A stretch of DNA of 64,000 nt from Defluviitaleaceae bacterium (GCA_009779935.1 WRAX01000005.1:24248-88247), one strand, 5' to 3'; positions 28,718-37,979 are shown, counted from the stretch's first letter. Notes: generated by a model from the sequence alone, not told the origin. A program made the numbers and translations.

Positions 28718-30099
28718 ACCACATCCGCCACATCCGCATCATACTTGGGTATGTGCTTGCGCTCGTGGAATTTTTGCCAAAGCAGCAACCACACATTGCG
28801 GAATGTAAGTGCAATTGCAATGCCAATCCAAATGCCAAAAACCCCTAAATCTGTAAAAGTTATTATTAAAAAGACTATTAGTATGCGGGATGCGTTGGCA
28901 ATGGTGCTGGCAATGGTGGATTTGTATGTAACACCAATGCCGATAAAAAAGGCGGATGGGGACTCCTCCATACAATACAGGGTTTGGGTTAGGGCAAGCA
29001 CCCTTAAATAATCCGCCCCCATTTGTATTTCGTAAGGGCAGCTTAAAAAGATGCCTGTTAAAGGGGCGGCAAAGATGAATAAAACAGCGGAAATAAACAC
29101 CCCGTAAACAGCCATAACCCCAAGGGAGGTATTGTAAATTTTGCGCATACGCCCAAACTTTTTTGCGCCAAAGTTTTGCCCTAAAAAGCCTGTTAAAGCA
29201 GAACCAAAGCCGCCGGACATGGCCCATGCCAGCGAAAGCACTTGGTGGCCAACCCGTTGTGCTGCTATTGCCCCTGTACCAAAATCTGCCACAAAACGGG
29301 TTACAATTAGAAACACCACCGTAAAAAAGCCGGATTCTAAACCAACAGGTACGCCCCATTTGAAGGTTTGCTTAATAATTTCCCTATCCAGTTTGCCGAT
29401 GGGGCGGTATTTTTCAAAAGGCCTGTTTTTGTGCCTGCTCATAACCCAAAGTTTTATTATAAAGTTGATAATGCCCGCCGCCACTGTTGCAAAGCCGGCA
29501 CCGGCAATGCCCCAGTTAAATACAAATATAAAAATTGGCGTGATGGCAATGTTTAAGCCTAATGTGGCAGAGTTTATGATAAATGCCACCTTGGTGTTGC
29601 CAAAACCGATAAAAACCCCTGTAATAACGTGGTTGGCGAAGATGAAGGGCATACCAATGGCGGTTGCTGCCAAATATTGTTGTGCCATGGTGACGACCCG
29701 AGGGTCGTCCATGTTAAAAAAGCCGATTAGCGGCACTTGGAATATTATCATAGCCGCCCCATAAAGTGCGCCAAGGGCTATGCCGACCACAAAGGCATTT
29801 TGGGCATATTTCTGGGCGGCTTTTTTATCGCCTTTGCCTATGTTTTGGGCAACGCCAATTTGCGCACCCAAACGCCCGATAACAATAAATGCCATGGACA
29901 GCCATATATACATGCCCGCCGTACCGGCCGCCGCCACGGGGCCACCGTCATCACCTACAATACGGGAAAGCCAAAACATATCAGCTAAATTAAATGCCAT
30001 TTGCATAAAACCGGTTGCCATTAACGGTATGGAAGTTTTTATTAGCCGCTGCAATATTGGTCCCTGTGTTAAGTCGTATTGTTTTTTTGTATTCAGAAT
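28714..30099 (-). CDS. MATE-family efflux transporter
   Basis: 12-TM profile; N-terminal QGPILQRLIKTSIPLMATGFMQMAFNLADMFWLSRI typical of MATE/NorM; start uncertain (see finding); the track ORF up to 30327 is an upstream extension. Confidence 0.85.
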   Translation of the reverse strand: MLNTKKQYDLTQGPILQRLIKTSIPLMATGFMQMAFNLADMFWLSRIVGDDGGPVAAAGTAGMYIWLSMAFIVIGRLGAQIGVAQNIGKGDKKAAQKYAQNAFVVGIALGALYGAAMIIFQVPLIGFFNMDDPRVVTMAQQYLAATAIGMPFIFANHVITGVFIGFGNTKVAFIINSATLGLNIAITPIFIFVFNWGIAGAGFATVAAGIINFIIKLWVMSRHKNRPFEKYRPIGKLDREIIKQTFKWGVPVGLESGFFTVVFLIVTRFVADFGTGAIAAQRVGHQVLSLAWAMSGGFGSALTGFLGQNFGAKKFGRMRKIYNTSLGVMAVYGVFISAVLFIFAAPLTGIFLSCPYEIQMGADYLRVLALTQTLYCMEESPSAFFIGIGVTYKSTIASTIANASRILIVFLIITFTDLGVFGIWIGIAIALTFRNVWLLLWQKFHERKHIPKYDADVADVV

Positions 30100-30157
30100 A
30101 ACGACCTCCTTTGTATAATTATCGCACAACTTGCTGCCCAAGTCAACAAAATTTTTC

Positions 30158-30186
30158 TGGACAAGCCTGATTAAAACATGTATAAT
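30158..30186 (+). promoter_or_regulatory. promoter of the 30215 gene
   Basis: TGGACA 30158-30163, 17 nt, TATAAT 30181-30186. Confidence 0.45.
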
Positions 30187-30214
30187 GGCGATATGATAAT
30201 ATGGGAGGTAAGAT

Positions 30215-31549
30215 ATGAAAACGATTTTGTTGACATTTGCTTTATTTTTTTCGATGGCGGGCATTGCCCCTGTTAGCGTAGAAACCTTGGATGGACAAGC
30301 CCGAAGGCAAGCTGTGATGGAAGCCAATTTGGAAGAATGGACAATTCTTTTCTTGTCGTGGGAAGTTTTTGATGAGGAAAATTTCCAAGCCCCACCCCGT
30401 TTGATGGTGGAGTTTTTAGCAGAATCTTTTACGGATATGTATGCGGATGATTTTGGATTTAACCTACCCGCATTAATACAAGAAGCGGGGTACCCCGCAG
30501 AGCTTTTTGTGGATTATATGCTGGAAATAATGACCCATCCCGAATATGCAAGGATTTATATACAGGCATTTGGCATAGCGTGGGTAGAGCGGGCCATTGC
30601 AATGATGCTGGATGACTTGATGGAAATTTATCAAATTGGCGGGCCGGAATATCTTGTGCCTTTTTTTAGCTATATGCAGGTGTTTTATGTGGGCACAGAA
30701 ATGCAGGCCCCGCCCCGCCCTGTGTGGCATTTTACACCACCCACCCGTGAAGAAGTGGAAGACGCACTAAACACCGCCCTTGCCCGCCATGGTGTAGATT
30801 TGGCGGGCTATCTATACACCACCCGTGGACATTCTTTGGAATATTTTATGGATTATTTTATGGATTATTTGATGTGGCTTATTGACTATGATGGCCAATT
30901 GTTTGCCATGGCTTATGGCCACAACTGGCTTGCCCAACTAATGGACGAAATTGTTGGGGAAATTGTGGAATTTCAGGATATGTGGGTGGTAAGCATCGTT
31001 TCTTCTGCCGTAAAAGTTTTGGGTGTGGAGGATGCTATTTACTTCGTATTACAGCTTTTTGACTTAGTTTGGAGCGATGAGCATTTTGACGCCATATACA
31101 CCAACCCATATCTGGAAGAGATTTTGGCAGATTTTACCGTGATGGATGAAGCCTTTCTTAGCAGGCTGTTAAACATGCCCTTGCAAGAAAGGCCAAGCAA
31201 TGCCGTTTTATCAACCATAACACAGGATGATTTGGAGGTGCGCCACAGCTTTTCCCCAATATCCGTCCCCATGTTTCTTTTTGAAGGGCATGTGTATGGG
31301 GCGGCGATGAATGTGTTTTTTCGCAATGAAAGCGAAAGTGCCGCACACATCAACTTGCTGATTATGGATGAGGCAGGCAACAGCCAAGGTATTGAAGAGG
31401 TTGTAGATGCAGGCAGTGATTTTGTGCTCCAACTGCCTGTCGGATGGCACTTGGTGGCGGCAATTATAATACCCACCCAAGGTGATTTTGATGGCAAAAT
31501 TGCAGGCGAATTTGCTTTTCGCTTTACCCATGGCTCTATTAACCAATAA
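30215..31549 (+). CDS. secreted acidic hypothetical protein
   Basis: 444 aa; signal peptide MKTILLTFALFFSMAGIAPVSV; internal YFMDYFMDYLMW tandem; RBS GGGAGG. Confidence 0.6.
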   Translation: MKTILLTFALFFSMAGIAPVSVETLDGQARRQAVMEANLEEWTILFLSWEVFDEENFQAPPRLMVEFLAESFTDMYADDFGFNLPALIQEAGYPAELFVDYMLEIMTHPEYARIYIQAFGIAWVERAIAMMLDDLMEIYQIGGPEYLVPFFSYMQVFYVGTEMQAPPRPVWHFTPPTREEVEDALNTALARHGVDLAGYLYTTRGHSLEYFMDYFMDYLMWLIDYDGQLFAMAYGHNWLAQLMDEIVGEIVEFQDMWVVSIVSSAVKVLGVEDAIYFVLQLFDLVWSDEHFDAIYTNPYLEEILADFTVMDEAFLSRLLNMPLQERPSNAVLSTITQDDLEVRHSFSPISVPMFLFEGHVYGAAMNVFFRNESESAAHINLLIMDEAGNSQGIEEVVDAGSDFVLQLPVGWHLVAAIIIPTQGDFDGKIAGEFAFRFTHGSINQ

Positions 31550-31561
31550 AGCCAAATACAA

Positions 31562-31610
31562 AACACCATTACGGGGTTTGTCCGTCCCGCAATGGTGTTT
31601 TATATTTTTT
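31562..31610 (+). terminator. terminator; last core feature before the AT-rich island
   Basis: Arms AACACCATT-CGGG/CCCG-AATGGTGTT then T-rich tract. Confidence 0.6.
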
Positions 31611-31625
31611 GTAATTATCCCGTTA

Positions 31626-31889
31626 ATGGAGAAATTTCCAACCGAGAAAAAGATCGTTGCCCATTTTTTGACTATTCGCTATCCAGATGATGTAACTTGC
31701 AATTATTGTGGCCCTACAAAATTATATCCACTTAACAAAAGTATCAAGGTATTTAGGTGTAATGGTTGTACAAATAGCTTCTCCCCTCTCTTTGAAAAAT
31801 CATCAACAGACTTGCGTGAGTGGTTTTATGCCATATACCTATTTCTAAACGGTAAAAGGGGCGTTTCTGGCTTGCCAAATACAAAGTGA
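31626..31889 (+). pseudogene. IS1595-family transposase, N-terminal zinc-ribbon fragment only
   Basis: MEKFPTEKKIVAHFLTIRYPDDVTCNYCG...FRCNGCTNSFSPL...LREWFYAIYLFLNGKRGVS matches the IS1595 N-terminal pattern; the DDE domain is absent. Confidence 0.7.
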
Positions 31890-32199
31890 AATCGGTGTTG
31901 CCTACAAACAAGATGCCGCAATATGTAAAAATATTCATCATATTCTCGTTGTTGTTTGCGGCTTTTCTCGGGTGTCATAATGACTTGAATGTTAGATTGA
32001 TGTTGTCAAGGGTATTCCAAAAAACATTCAACGAAGATGGGAAAAATAAATTTGACTTTATAATATGAAAAACTAAGGCTTGACAAAAGAAGATAGCCTG
32101 TGATAACTTAAAAGGCAGCTATCTTGCGCTAACAAAAAAATTGCGTGTGGGTTAGCATAAGCTAACTGCAAGCAAAAAATAAATTTTTAGAGGTGTTTT

Positions 32200-33027
32200 A
32201 TGAACGACATTACGTTCGCATTTTTGTTGACCGCTATTGCGGGTACAGCAACAGGCTTGGGTGGTCTTGCCATTTTGTTCTTGAAGAAAGCAAGCAAAAG
32301 ATTTTTGTCCATTTGCCTTAGTTTTTCTGCTGGAGTTATGCTCTACATTTCTTTTGGTGAAATACTGTTAGAAGCGTTTGGAGACCTTGAATATGCCCTT
32401 GGTGATGGAGTGGGCTATTTGGTTGCAACAGTAGCGTTTTTTGTTGGCATACTCCTTGTTGCCGCAATAGACAAGCTTATTCCACATAATGATGAAATTG
32501 CTGAACTTGCCGATTATGCAGAGCAAGGCAACAGTGATAATGTTACTCAAAAAGAGAAAAAGGAATTAAAGCGCACAGGGGTTATGGCGGCGATCGCTAT
32601 CACAATACATAACTTGCCCGAAGGTATAGTTATTTTCATGGCGGCACTTCATGACCCTGCATTGGGCATAGCCATAGCTATTGCTATTATGTTGCACAAC
32701 ATTCCAGAGGGCATAGCTACTGCGGCTCCTATATATTACGCAACAGGCAGTAAGTTAAAAGCGTTTTTATTTGCTTTTGGTACAGGATATGTCCAACTGA
32801 TAGGCGCACTTATAGCATGGTTTTTGATGCGCAATGTATTTGACGATATGGAAGCTGTTTTCGGTATCGCTTTTGCTGTAGTGGCTGGTATTATGGTGTA
32901 TGTATCAATACATCAGTTATTGCCGGCGGCTAAAAAATTTGGAAAACATCATGCTGTAATGAAGTGGTTATTTGCTGGAATGGCGGTAATGGCGGTTAGC
33001 TTGGTTGCTCTTGAATTTGTTTTTTGA
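32200..33027 (+). CDS. zupT: ZIP-family zinc transporter
   Basis: 275 aa; paired HNLPEG/HNIPEG motifs (TIHNLPEGIVIF, MLHNIPEGIATA), 8 TM pattern. Confidence 0.85.
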   Translation: MNDITFAFLLTAIAGTATGLGGLAILFLKKASKRFLSICLSFSAGVMLYISFGEILLEAFGDLEYALGDGVGYLVATVAFFVGILLVAAIDKLIPHNDEIAELADYAEQGNSDNVTQKEKKELKRTGVMAAIAITIHNLPEGIVIFMAALHDPALGIAIAIAIMLHNIPEGIATAAPIYYATGSKLKAFLFAFGTGYVQLIGALIAWFLMRNVFDDMEAVFGIAFAVVAGIMVYVSIHQLLPAAKKFGKHHAVMKWLFAGMAVMAVSLVALEFVF

Positions 33028-33066
33028 TAGCTTTACTGTGTTGCTAATGGGAGGTCAATAAGCATT

Positions 33067-33663
33067 ATGCCTTGGTTTAGAAGCAACTATTTTAGGATCG
33101 ATACAAGGATTGTCGGAGTTTCTGCCTGTGTCCAGTTCGGGGCATTTTGATATAAGGACAGAGGGTAATCTAACCTTTATAATTGTGCTTTAATAAAAAA
33201 GCCATTCCAAAAGACAACCGCACTCTTGGTAATTGCTACTATTCCGCTTGTAGTCGTGACGTTGCTGTTTGAAAAGGCATATAGAATCATTGTTTTATAC
33301 GGTTCATCTATTGCCTTTCGGCTTTGTTATAACAGGCATTTGCGGTTTTGCCCGGCATATCTGGTTCCGGCAGTACCATCACGGCAACAATGGCAGGGGC
33401 ATAAACCGTGAAAGTGCCGCAAAGTTTTCATTCCTCATGTCTGTCCGGCGGCAATTGTAGCAATGGTATTTAGGGTTAGCTGCATAATTTCAGACCCGGA
33501 ATTACTTTCAGGGTTAAACTTTGTGAATTTAAGTTTGGGCTTTGTAACAGGGTATATGGCAATAAATATCATGTTGGATATCGCAAGAAAGGCAAAAGTT
33601 GAAATACTTTGCCTTTCTTGCGTTTTTGCGTTAGCTGTGCTGATTTTCTTTTTTAAGAAATAA
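33067..33663 (+). pseudogene. uppP: undecaprenyl-diphosphatase, degraded
   Basis: UppP segments lie in different frames separated by stops: [64 protein letters not shown]-terminal GFVTGYMAINIML. Confidence 0.8.
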
Positions 33664-33686
33664 GTGGATGTTTTGGAGGGTGCGCT

Positions 33687-33749
33687 ATGAAATCAAAAAC
33701 AAAGTTAACTGTGAGCATCTTTGGTGGCAGTAATGCTGTTGTTTGTTAA
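33687..33749 (+). CDS. 20-aa ORF, candidate short hydrophobic signalling peptide
   Basis: RBS GGAGGG 6 nt upstream; MKSKTKLTVSIFGGSNAVVC; lies about 250 nt upstream of the XRE-TPR regulator. Confidence 0.25.
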   Translation: MKSKTKLTVSIFGGSNAVVC

Positions 33750-33994
33750 GTTAAAAGATGGCCAAAATTGTGGCATGTGATTTATAACATCTTCTAAGTG
33801 ACCATTATGCAATATTGTTACACCAAATGATAAGCTGCATTAATAGCTTATGCATGCTCTTCCGCAAGGTGATGGAGTGTGGTGTAGTTGAAAATATTAG
33901 CTTTACTATCAGTGGCAAATATGATACAATATAAGTACAAAAAATTACAAAAAAACTGAAAATCCCCTATTTTATGGGGGAGGGGGGAGAAATT

Positions 33995-34917
33995 ATGAAA
34001 ATGTACATTGGTAAAATGGTTAAGAAGTTGCGCTCGGAAATGGGCATGAATCAAGAAGAATTAGCAGGACGGCTTTTTATGTCAAACAAGAGGCTTTCAC
34101 GTATTGAAACCGATAAGGCGAAGGTGGATGTTTGGCAAGCCATAAAAATATTAGAACTTGCCGGTCAATCTTTTGAAGATTTTTGGTTGATGCCCTTGGA
34201 TTCTTCTGATTATGACGGATACTTGATTTATCGAAATTTAAGAAAGAGTTTGCGTGATAATAACAATGCTGAAGCGGAAAGTTTTTTGGAGCAATTCAAG
34301 AAAAGTCCAATATCCAAAGAACCTTTTGCCCAGCAAACCATAGCATGGGCAGAAATTAGGCTAAACAACAATTTAAGCCATGAGAAGCCATAAAAAAATT
34401 ATATGAGGCATTGCGTATGTCAAACCCAGAGTTTGATGAATCCAAGATAGCCGAATACCGCTTACAACACCAAGAAATACGAATACTGATGAGCATCGCA
34501 GTGAGAAGTAACAAAATCGGTGACAAGGATAAAGCGATATACATAACGGAAGCCCTAATTAATAACAGGGAAAATCTCCGAACTTCGGAGGATGATAAAG
34601 CAAGCTTCCTGCCTGCGCTTTTGTTCAATCTGTCTAATTATCTTGGTCAAGCTGGTAAGATAAGAGAATCCTTGCAAGCTTGTGACAAAGGCTTAGAAAT
34701 TTGCCGTGAGTATAATCGCTTTGATCTTACACCAGTATTGCTACATAATAAGGCTACTAATCAACGCATGTTAGGAGAAGAAGAACGCATGTACAGAACC
34801 CATCTAATAAGAGCATATCATTCCGCAAATGCCATGGGTCAATTTGATGTGGCCGAAGAGGTCAAAAAAGATGCCGAAGAAAGCTTCGGCATCAACATCA
34901 TGAAGTTTTGGGATTAA
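33995..34917 (+). pseudogene. XRE-HTH + TPR regulator (RNPP-like architecture) split by a frame change
   Basis: HTH part (MKMYIGKMVKKLRSEMGMNQEELA...) stops at 34391-34393; the TPR part is open in the -1 frame from 34384 (EAIKKLYEALRMSNPEF...); together about 300 aa. Confidence 0.55.
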
Positions 34918-34922
34918 CTAAA

Positions 34923-35090
34923 TCAATTATCGCCATCCTCTTTATCAGGATGCTTGTAATTAAATGGTGCCATATTGCATCCTGAATATGAGTATGCAAT
35001 ATGATAATTTAGCGATGAAAATGACAGGACAATAACCGCCGCAACAAGGAGTGTAAAAATACGGCTGGCAATTTTTTTCATATTTTTCAT
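34923..35090 (-). CDS. 55-aa secreted pro-peptide-like ORF
   Basis: MKNMKKIASRIFTLLVAAVIVLSFSSLNYHIAYSYSGCNMAPFNYKHPDKEDGDN; basic N-region, hydrophobic core, single Cys, acidic tail; RBS AGAGGGA; below the track cutoff. Confidence 0.45.
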   Translation of the reverse strand: MKNMKKIASRIFTLLVAAVIVLSFSSLNYHIAYSYSGCNMAPFNYKHPDKEDGDN

Positions 35091-35150
35091 CAAATCCCTC
35101 TTTTCCAGTGTTTTTATACTAACCCATACAGGTTACCACATGCAAGCATC

Positions 35151-35212
35151 AAAATCCATACCGATTTTTGAGAAAAAACGACAATTTTTTCTCAAAAATC
35201 GGTATGGATTTT
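35151..35212. repeat. perfect 28-bp inverted repeat with 6-nt loop
   Basis: AAAATCCATACCGATTTTTGAGAAAAAA cgacaa TTTTTTCTCAAAAATCGGTATGGATTTT. Confidence 0.9.
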
Positions 35213-35279
35213 TGTTTAATTTTATGCTACATTTAGAATCCGCATACAATAAATCAACCCCTACGCAAAAGCATTGACA

Positions 35280-35460
35280 TTGGTCTTAGTTTCGGCAATA
35301 ACCCTGCCACCGGCAATGGCATCATGGATGTTGGCAGGATGAACTTTTATGTGGAGCAGCAGACGACCTTCAACCTTCTTACCCCCCAACAAATCCACTA
35401 AACTGCGTAGCGCATGCTGTCTTTACGCTTCGGGGGTCGATGATGGTGTAGTTAGGTTTA
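35280..35460 (-). mobile_element. IS5-family transposase remnant (left, inverted copy)
   Basis: Minus-strand translation gives NYTIIDPRSVKTA and GGKKVEGRLLLHIKVHPANIHDAIAGGR in different frames; 35280-35434 is the reverse complement of 37482-37636. Confidence 0.7.
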
Positions 35461-35544
35461 GACTTTTGACCAAGTTTAATTTCGCTTTTTTCACCACACT
35501 ACATGGATTTTTATCATCAAAACGAAAGTGAAGGGGGGGTGCAA

Positions 35545-37137
35545 ATGTTAAAAATTTTAAAAATAATACTAAAAGAGCCGTCATCTAAGATAATTTTGGC
35601 ACTTTATCCTTTAATCGCTTTGCTGTCGGGTATTTTGCTAGTATATAGCAATGATATGCTCAGAAATGTTTTCAACAACCACATAATGCTATTAGAGTTT
35701 AACAACTTTTTATATAGCACCCTGTTTGTAGTTGGACTATTTGTTTCATTATTCCTTTTAAGGGTTGTGAACTCATATATTAAAGAGAAACTTCATCATA
35801 CAGGTGCGAATAATTTAATTGAGCACTACACAAACAAACTACTAAAAGCAGACTATTCATACTATCACAAAAAAGAAGCACCAGCAATTTGGGATAAGTT
35901 AGAAAGGTCTACTATTGGTACAGGGAATTTCTTTGGGTCGCTCATAAGTTCTATTAGTACAATGATAAGTTTTGTTTTTTATGCAATTGTTATATTTAGA
36001 ATAAATTTATTTGCAGGATTGATAACAATGATAGCTATTCCTATTTATTTCTTTCTTACTGTCGGATTTAATAAAAATTTCATGTCCTTGCAGATGGAGC
36101 TGGCTAATAGCATGGGGCAACTGGCTGTGGTGGGTCAAGAACCTCTCGAAAATGTGGTGAACGTAAAAACAAAAAATGCATATGGTTTTTTTGTGAATCG
36201 AATAATGAAGATACAAAGAAAAATATCCAAACTGTTTCGTAAGTTCAATGTTTTGTCTGAATATCATAATGGCATAACGGGTCTTGTGTCTGTCGTTGTA
36301 CCCATCTTGGTATTATTTGCTACATTGCAGGTTTCGGACACATTTACAACAGATATGGGGACAGTGCTGATACTTTATATTAACATACCGCTGTTTTTAA
36401 GTGGATTTACAAGCATTTACAAGAAATATATTATGTACAAAACCCACAGACATTTCATAAACGGTCTCCTAGAATTTGACGATATGCCCATAGAACATAG
36501 CGGGGAGATAGAAATAAATGACTTTGAAAACCTAGAAGTAAAAGGGGTTAAGGTGCGCTTTGACGATACACGAATTATCAGTATTCCTGATTTCGTTGTG
36601 AAAAAAGGAGAAAGAGTAATGATATTTGGGGAGAGCGGAATAGGCAAATCAACCATCTTCAACATTATAGTTGGCATTCATACAGAATACGAGGGCGATA
36701 TAATAATTAACGGTATTAATTTGCGAAATATCAGCACCTATTCCTTGCGTAATGTTTTTGGTATCGTTTTACAATCTGTCAATATTTTCTCCATGTCACT
36801 GGAAGACAATATCTTGTTAGGCATTCCCAATGACAATTTGAATGAATCAGTTAGCCTTGCCAACCTTAAAGAACAAATGGATTTTAAGGTCGACCAGGAA
36901 CTAAATAACAAAGTTGTGTCGGGTGGCGAAAAATCGCGTGTTGGGTTAGCTCAGACCCTAGCTCGCAATACCCAAGTGTTGATGATAGACGAAACGTTTT
37001 CCAGTATAGATGAAGGAATGGAAGAGCGTATAGTTAAGGGGCTTTTTGAAATGCATCCACACAAAACCTTTATATGTATCAGCCATCGCAGTTCAAGCCA
37101 GACTTATTTTGATAAATTCGTGGACTTCAATTTATGA
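35545..37137 (+). CDS. ABC exporter, fused TMD-NBD half transporter
   Basis: ATG 35545 after RBS GAAGGGGGGG; 5-6 TM then Walker A GESGIGKST, signature VSGGEKSRVGLA, Walker B VLMIDETFSSID; no N-terminal C39 peptidase domain. Confidence 0.85.
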   Translation: MLKILKIILKEPSSKIILALYPLIALLSGILLVYSNDMLRNVFNNHIMLLEFNNFLYSTLFVVGLFVSLFLLRVVNSYIKEKLHHTGANNLIEHYTNKLLKADYSYYHKKEAPAIWDKLERSTIGTGNFFGSLISSISTMISFVFYAIVIFRINLFAGLITMIAIPIYFFLTVGFNKNFMSLQMELANSMGQLAVVGQEPLENVVNVKTKNAYGFFVNRIMKIQRKISKLFRKFNVLSEYHNGITGLVSVVVPILVLFATLQVSDTFTTDMGTVLILYINIPLFLSGFTSIYKKYIMYKTHRHFINGLLEFDDMPIEHSGEIEINDFENLEVKGVKVRFDDTRIISIPDFVVKKGERVMIFGESGIGKSTIFNIIVGIHTEYEGDIIINGINLRNISTYSLRNVFGIVLQSVNIFSMSLEDNILLGIPNDNLNESVSLANLKEQMDFKVDQELNNKVVSGGEKSRVGLAQTLARNTQVLMIDETFSSIDEGMEERIVKGLFEMHPHKTFICISHRSSSQTYFDKFVDFNL

Positions 37138-37140
37138 TTA

Positions 37141-37800
37141 GAACCCACTTTCAATAAAAGTCCTGTTTGTAGTGGGTGGCCTGCAGGTGCTTGCGAGTAA
37201 CTCAGAACCCGTTTTCAATAAATCCCCAATCCTGCCGATATACAATGATAAACAGGATGTGAAAACATATGAAATATCGCACCAAATACCCAATGACCTT
37301 ACCGCCAAGCAATGGAGCTCCATAAAACACTTATTCGAGAAAGGAAATCGTGGCAGTCATTTCCGTACACATAGCAAGCGAAAACTTGTTGATGCCGCAC
37401 TTTACCTTAACAAGGCTGGATGCCATTGGAGGCAGTTGCCAAAAGATTTTCCTAAGTGGCAGACTGTGCATTCATTCTGCTCCCGAAGCGTAAAGACAGC
37501 ATGCGCTGCACAGTTTAGGGGATTTGTTGGGGGGTAAGAAGGTTGAAGGTCGTCTGCTGCTCCACATAAAAGTTCATCCTGCCAACATCCATGATGCCAT
37601 TGCCGGTGGCAGGGTTGTTGCCGAAACTAAGACCAAATACCCCACAGTCAAGGGTATTGTTGGTGGTGCCGGTTTTCGTGGCACTTTCAAGAAAGCCCCA
37701 GAAGCGATCTTAGTGAATTTGATTTTGGCTTTGGAGTTTTCGGCAAAAAGAACCCCCCACAAATCGGCGGCCCCGGCGGCGGCAACTGGACTATAATACC
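37141..37800 (+). mobile_element. IS5-family element remnant with internal deletion (right copy)
   Basis: N-terminal domain LTAKQWSSIKHLF...LYLNKAGCHWRQLPKDFPKWQTVHSF joins directly to RSVKTA; later KKVEGRLLLHIKVHPANIHD in another frame; two GAACCCnnTTTCAATAAA copies at 37141 and 37205. Confidence 0.7.
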
Positions 37801-37979
37801 AGGACCACCCAGTGGAGGAGCAGGAGAGCCGATAGAATTGACTTAGCAACAAATAAAAATTAGTCCCAATAATCTTTACATACAAGCCAATTATCACAGG
37901 AACCAGTATTTAATAATTTCCTAAAAATAGTCATGTAGCAACAAATAACCAATCTCAATATATTCAAGGAGGAATCGCA

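Noticed and set aside
28739-29764. 206-aa (minus, other frame) and 207-aa (plus) ORFs
   Set aside because: Both overlap the MATE transporter gene. They are out-of-frame or antisense artefacts of a long gene with skewed codon usage.
31482-31625. The upstream part of track ORF 31482-31889
   Set aside because: It overlaps the end of the 30215 gene and its terminator. The IS1595-like similarity begins only at the ATG at 31626.
32127-32166. GCTAAC / GTTAGC / GCTAAC alternative 6-bp pairings and the GTTAGCATAAGCTAAC palindrome upstream of zupT, as a Zur box or attenuator
   Set aside because: The stems are only 6 bp. The sequence does not resemble the Firmicutes Zur consensus I know (TCGTAAT-N-ATTACGA type). 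The evidence is insufficient.
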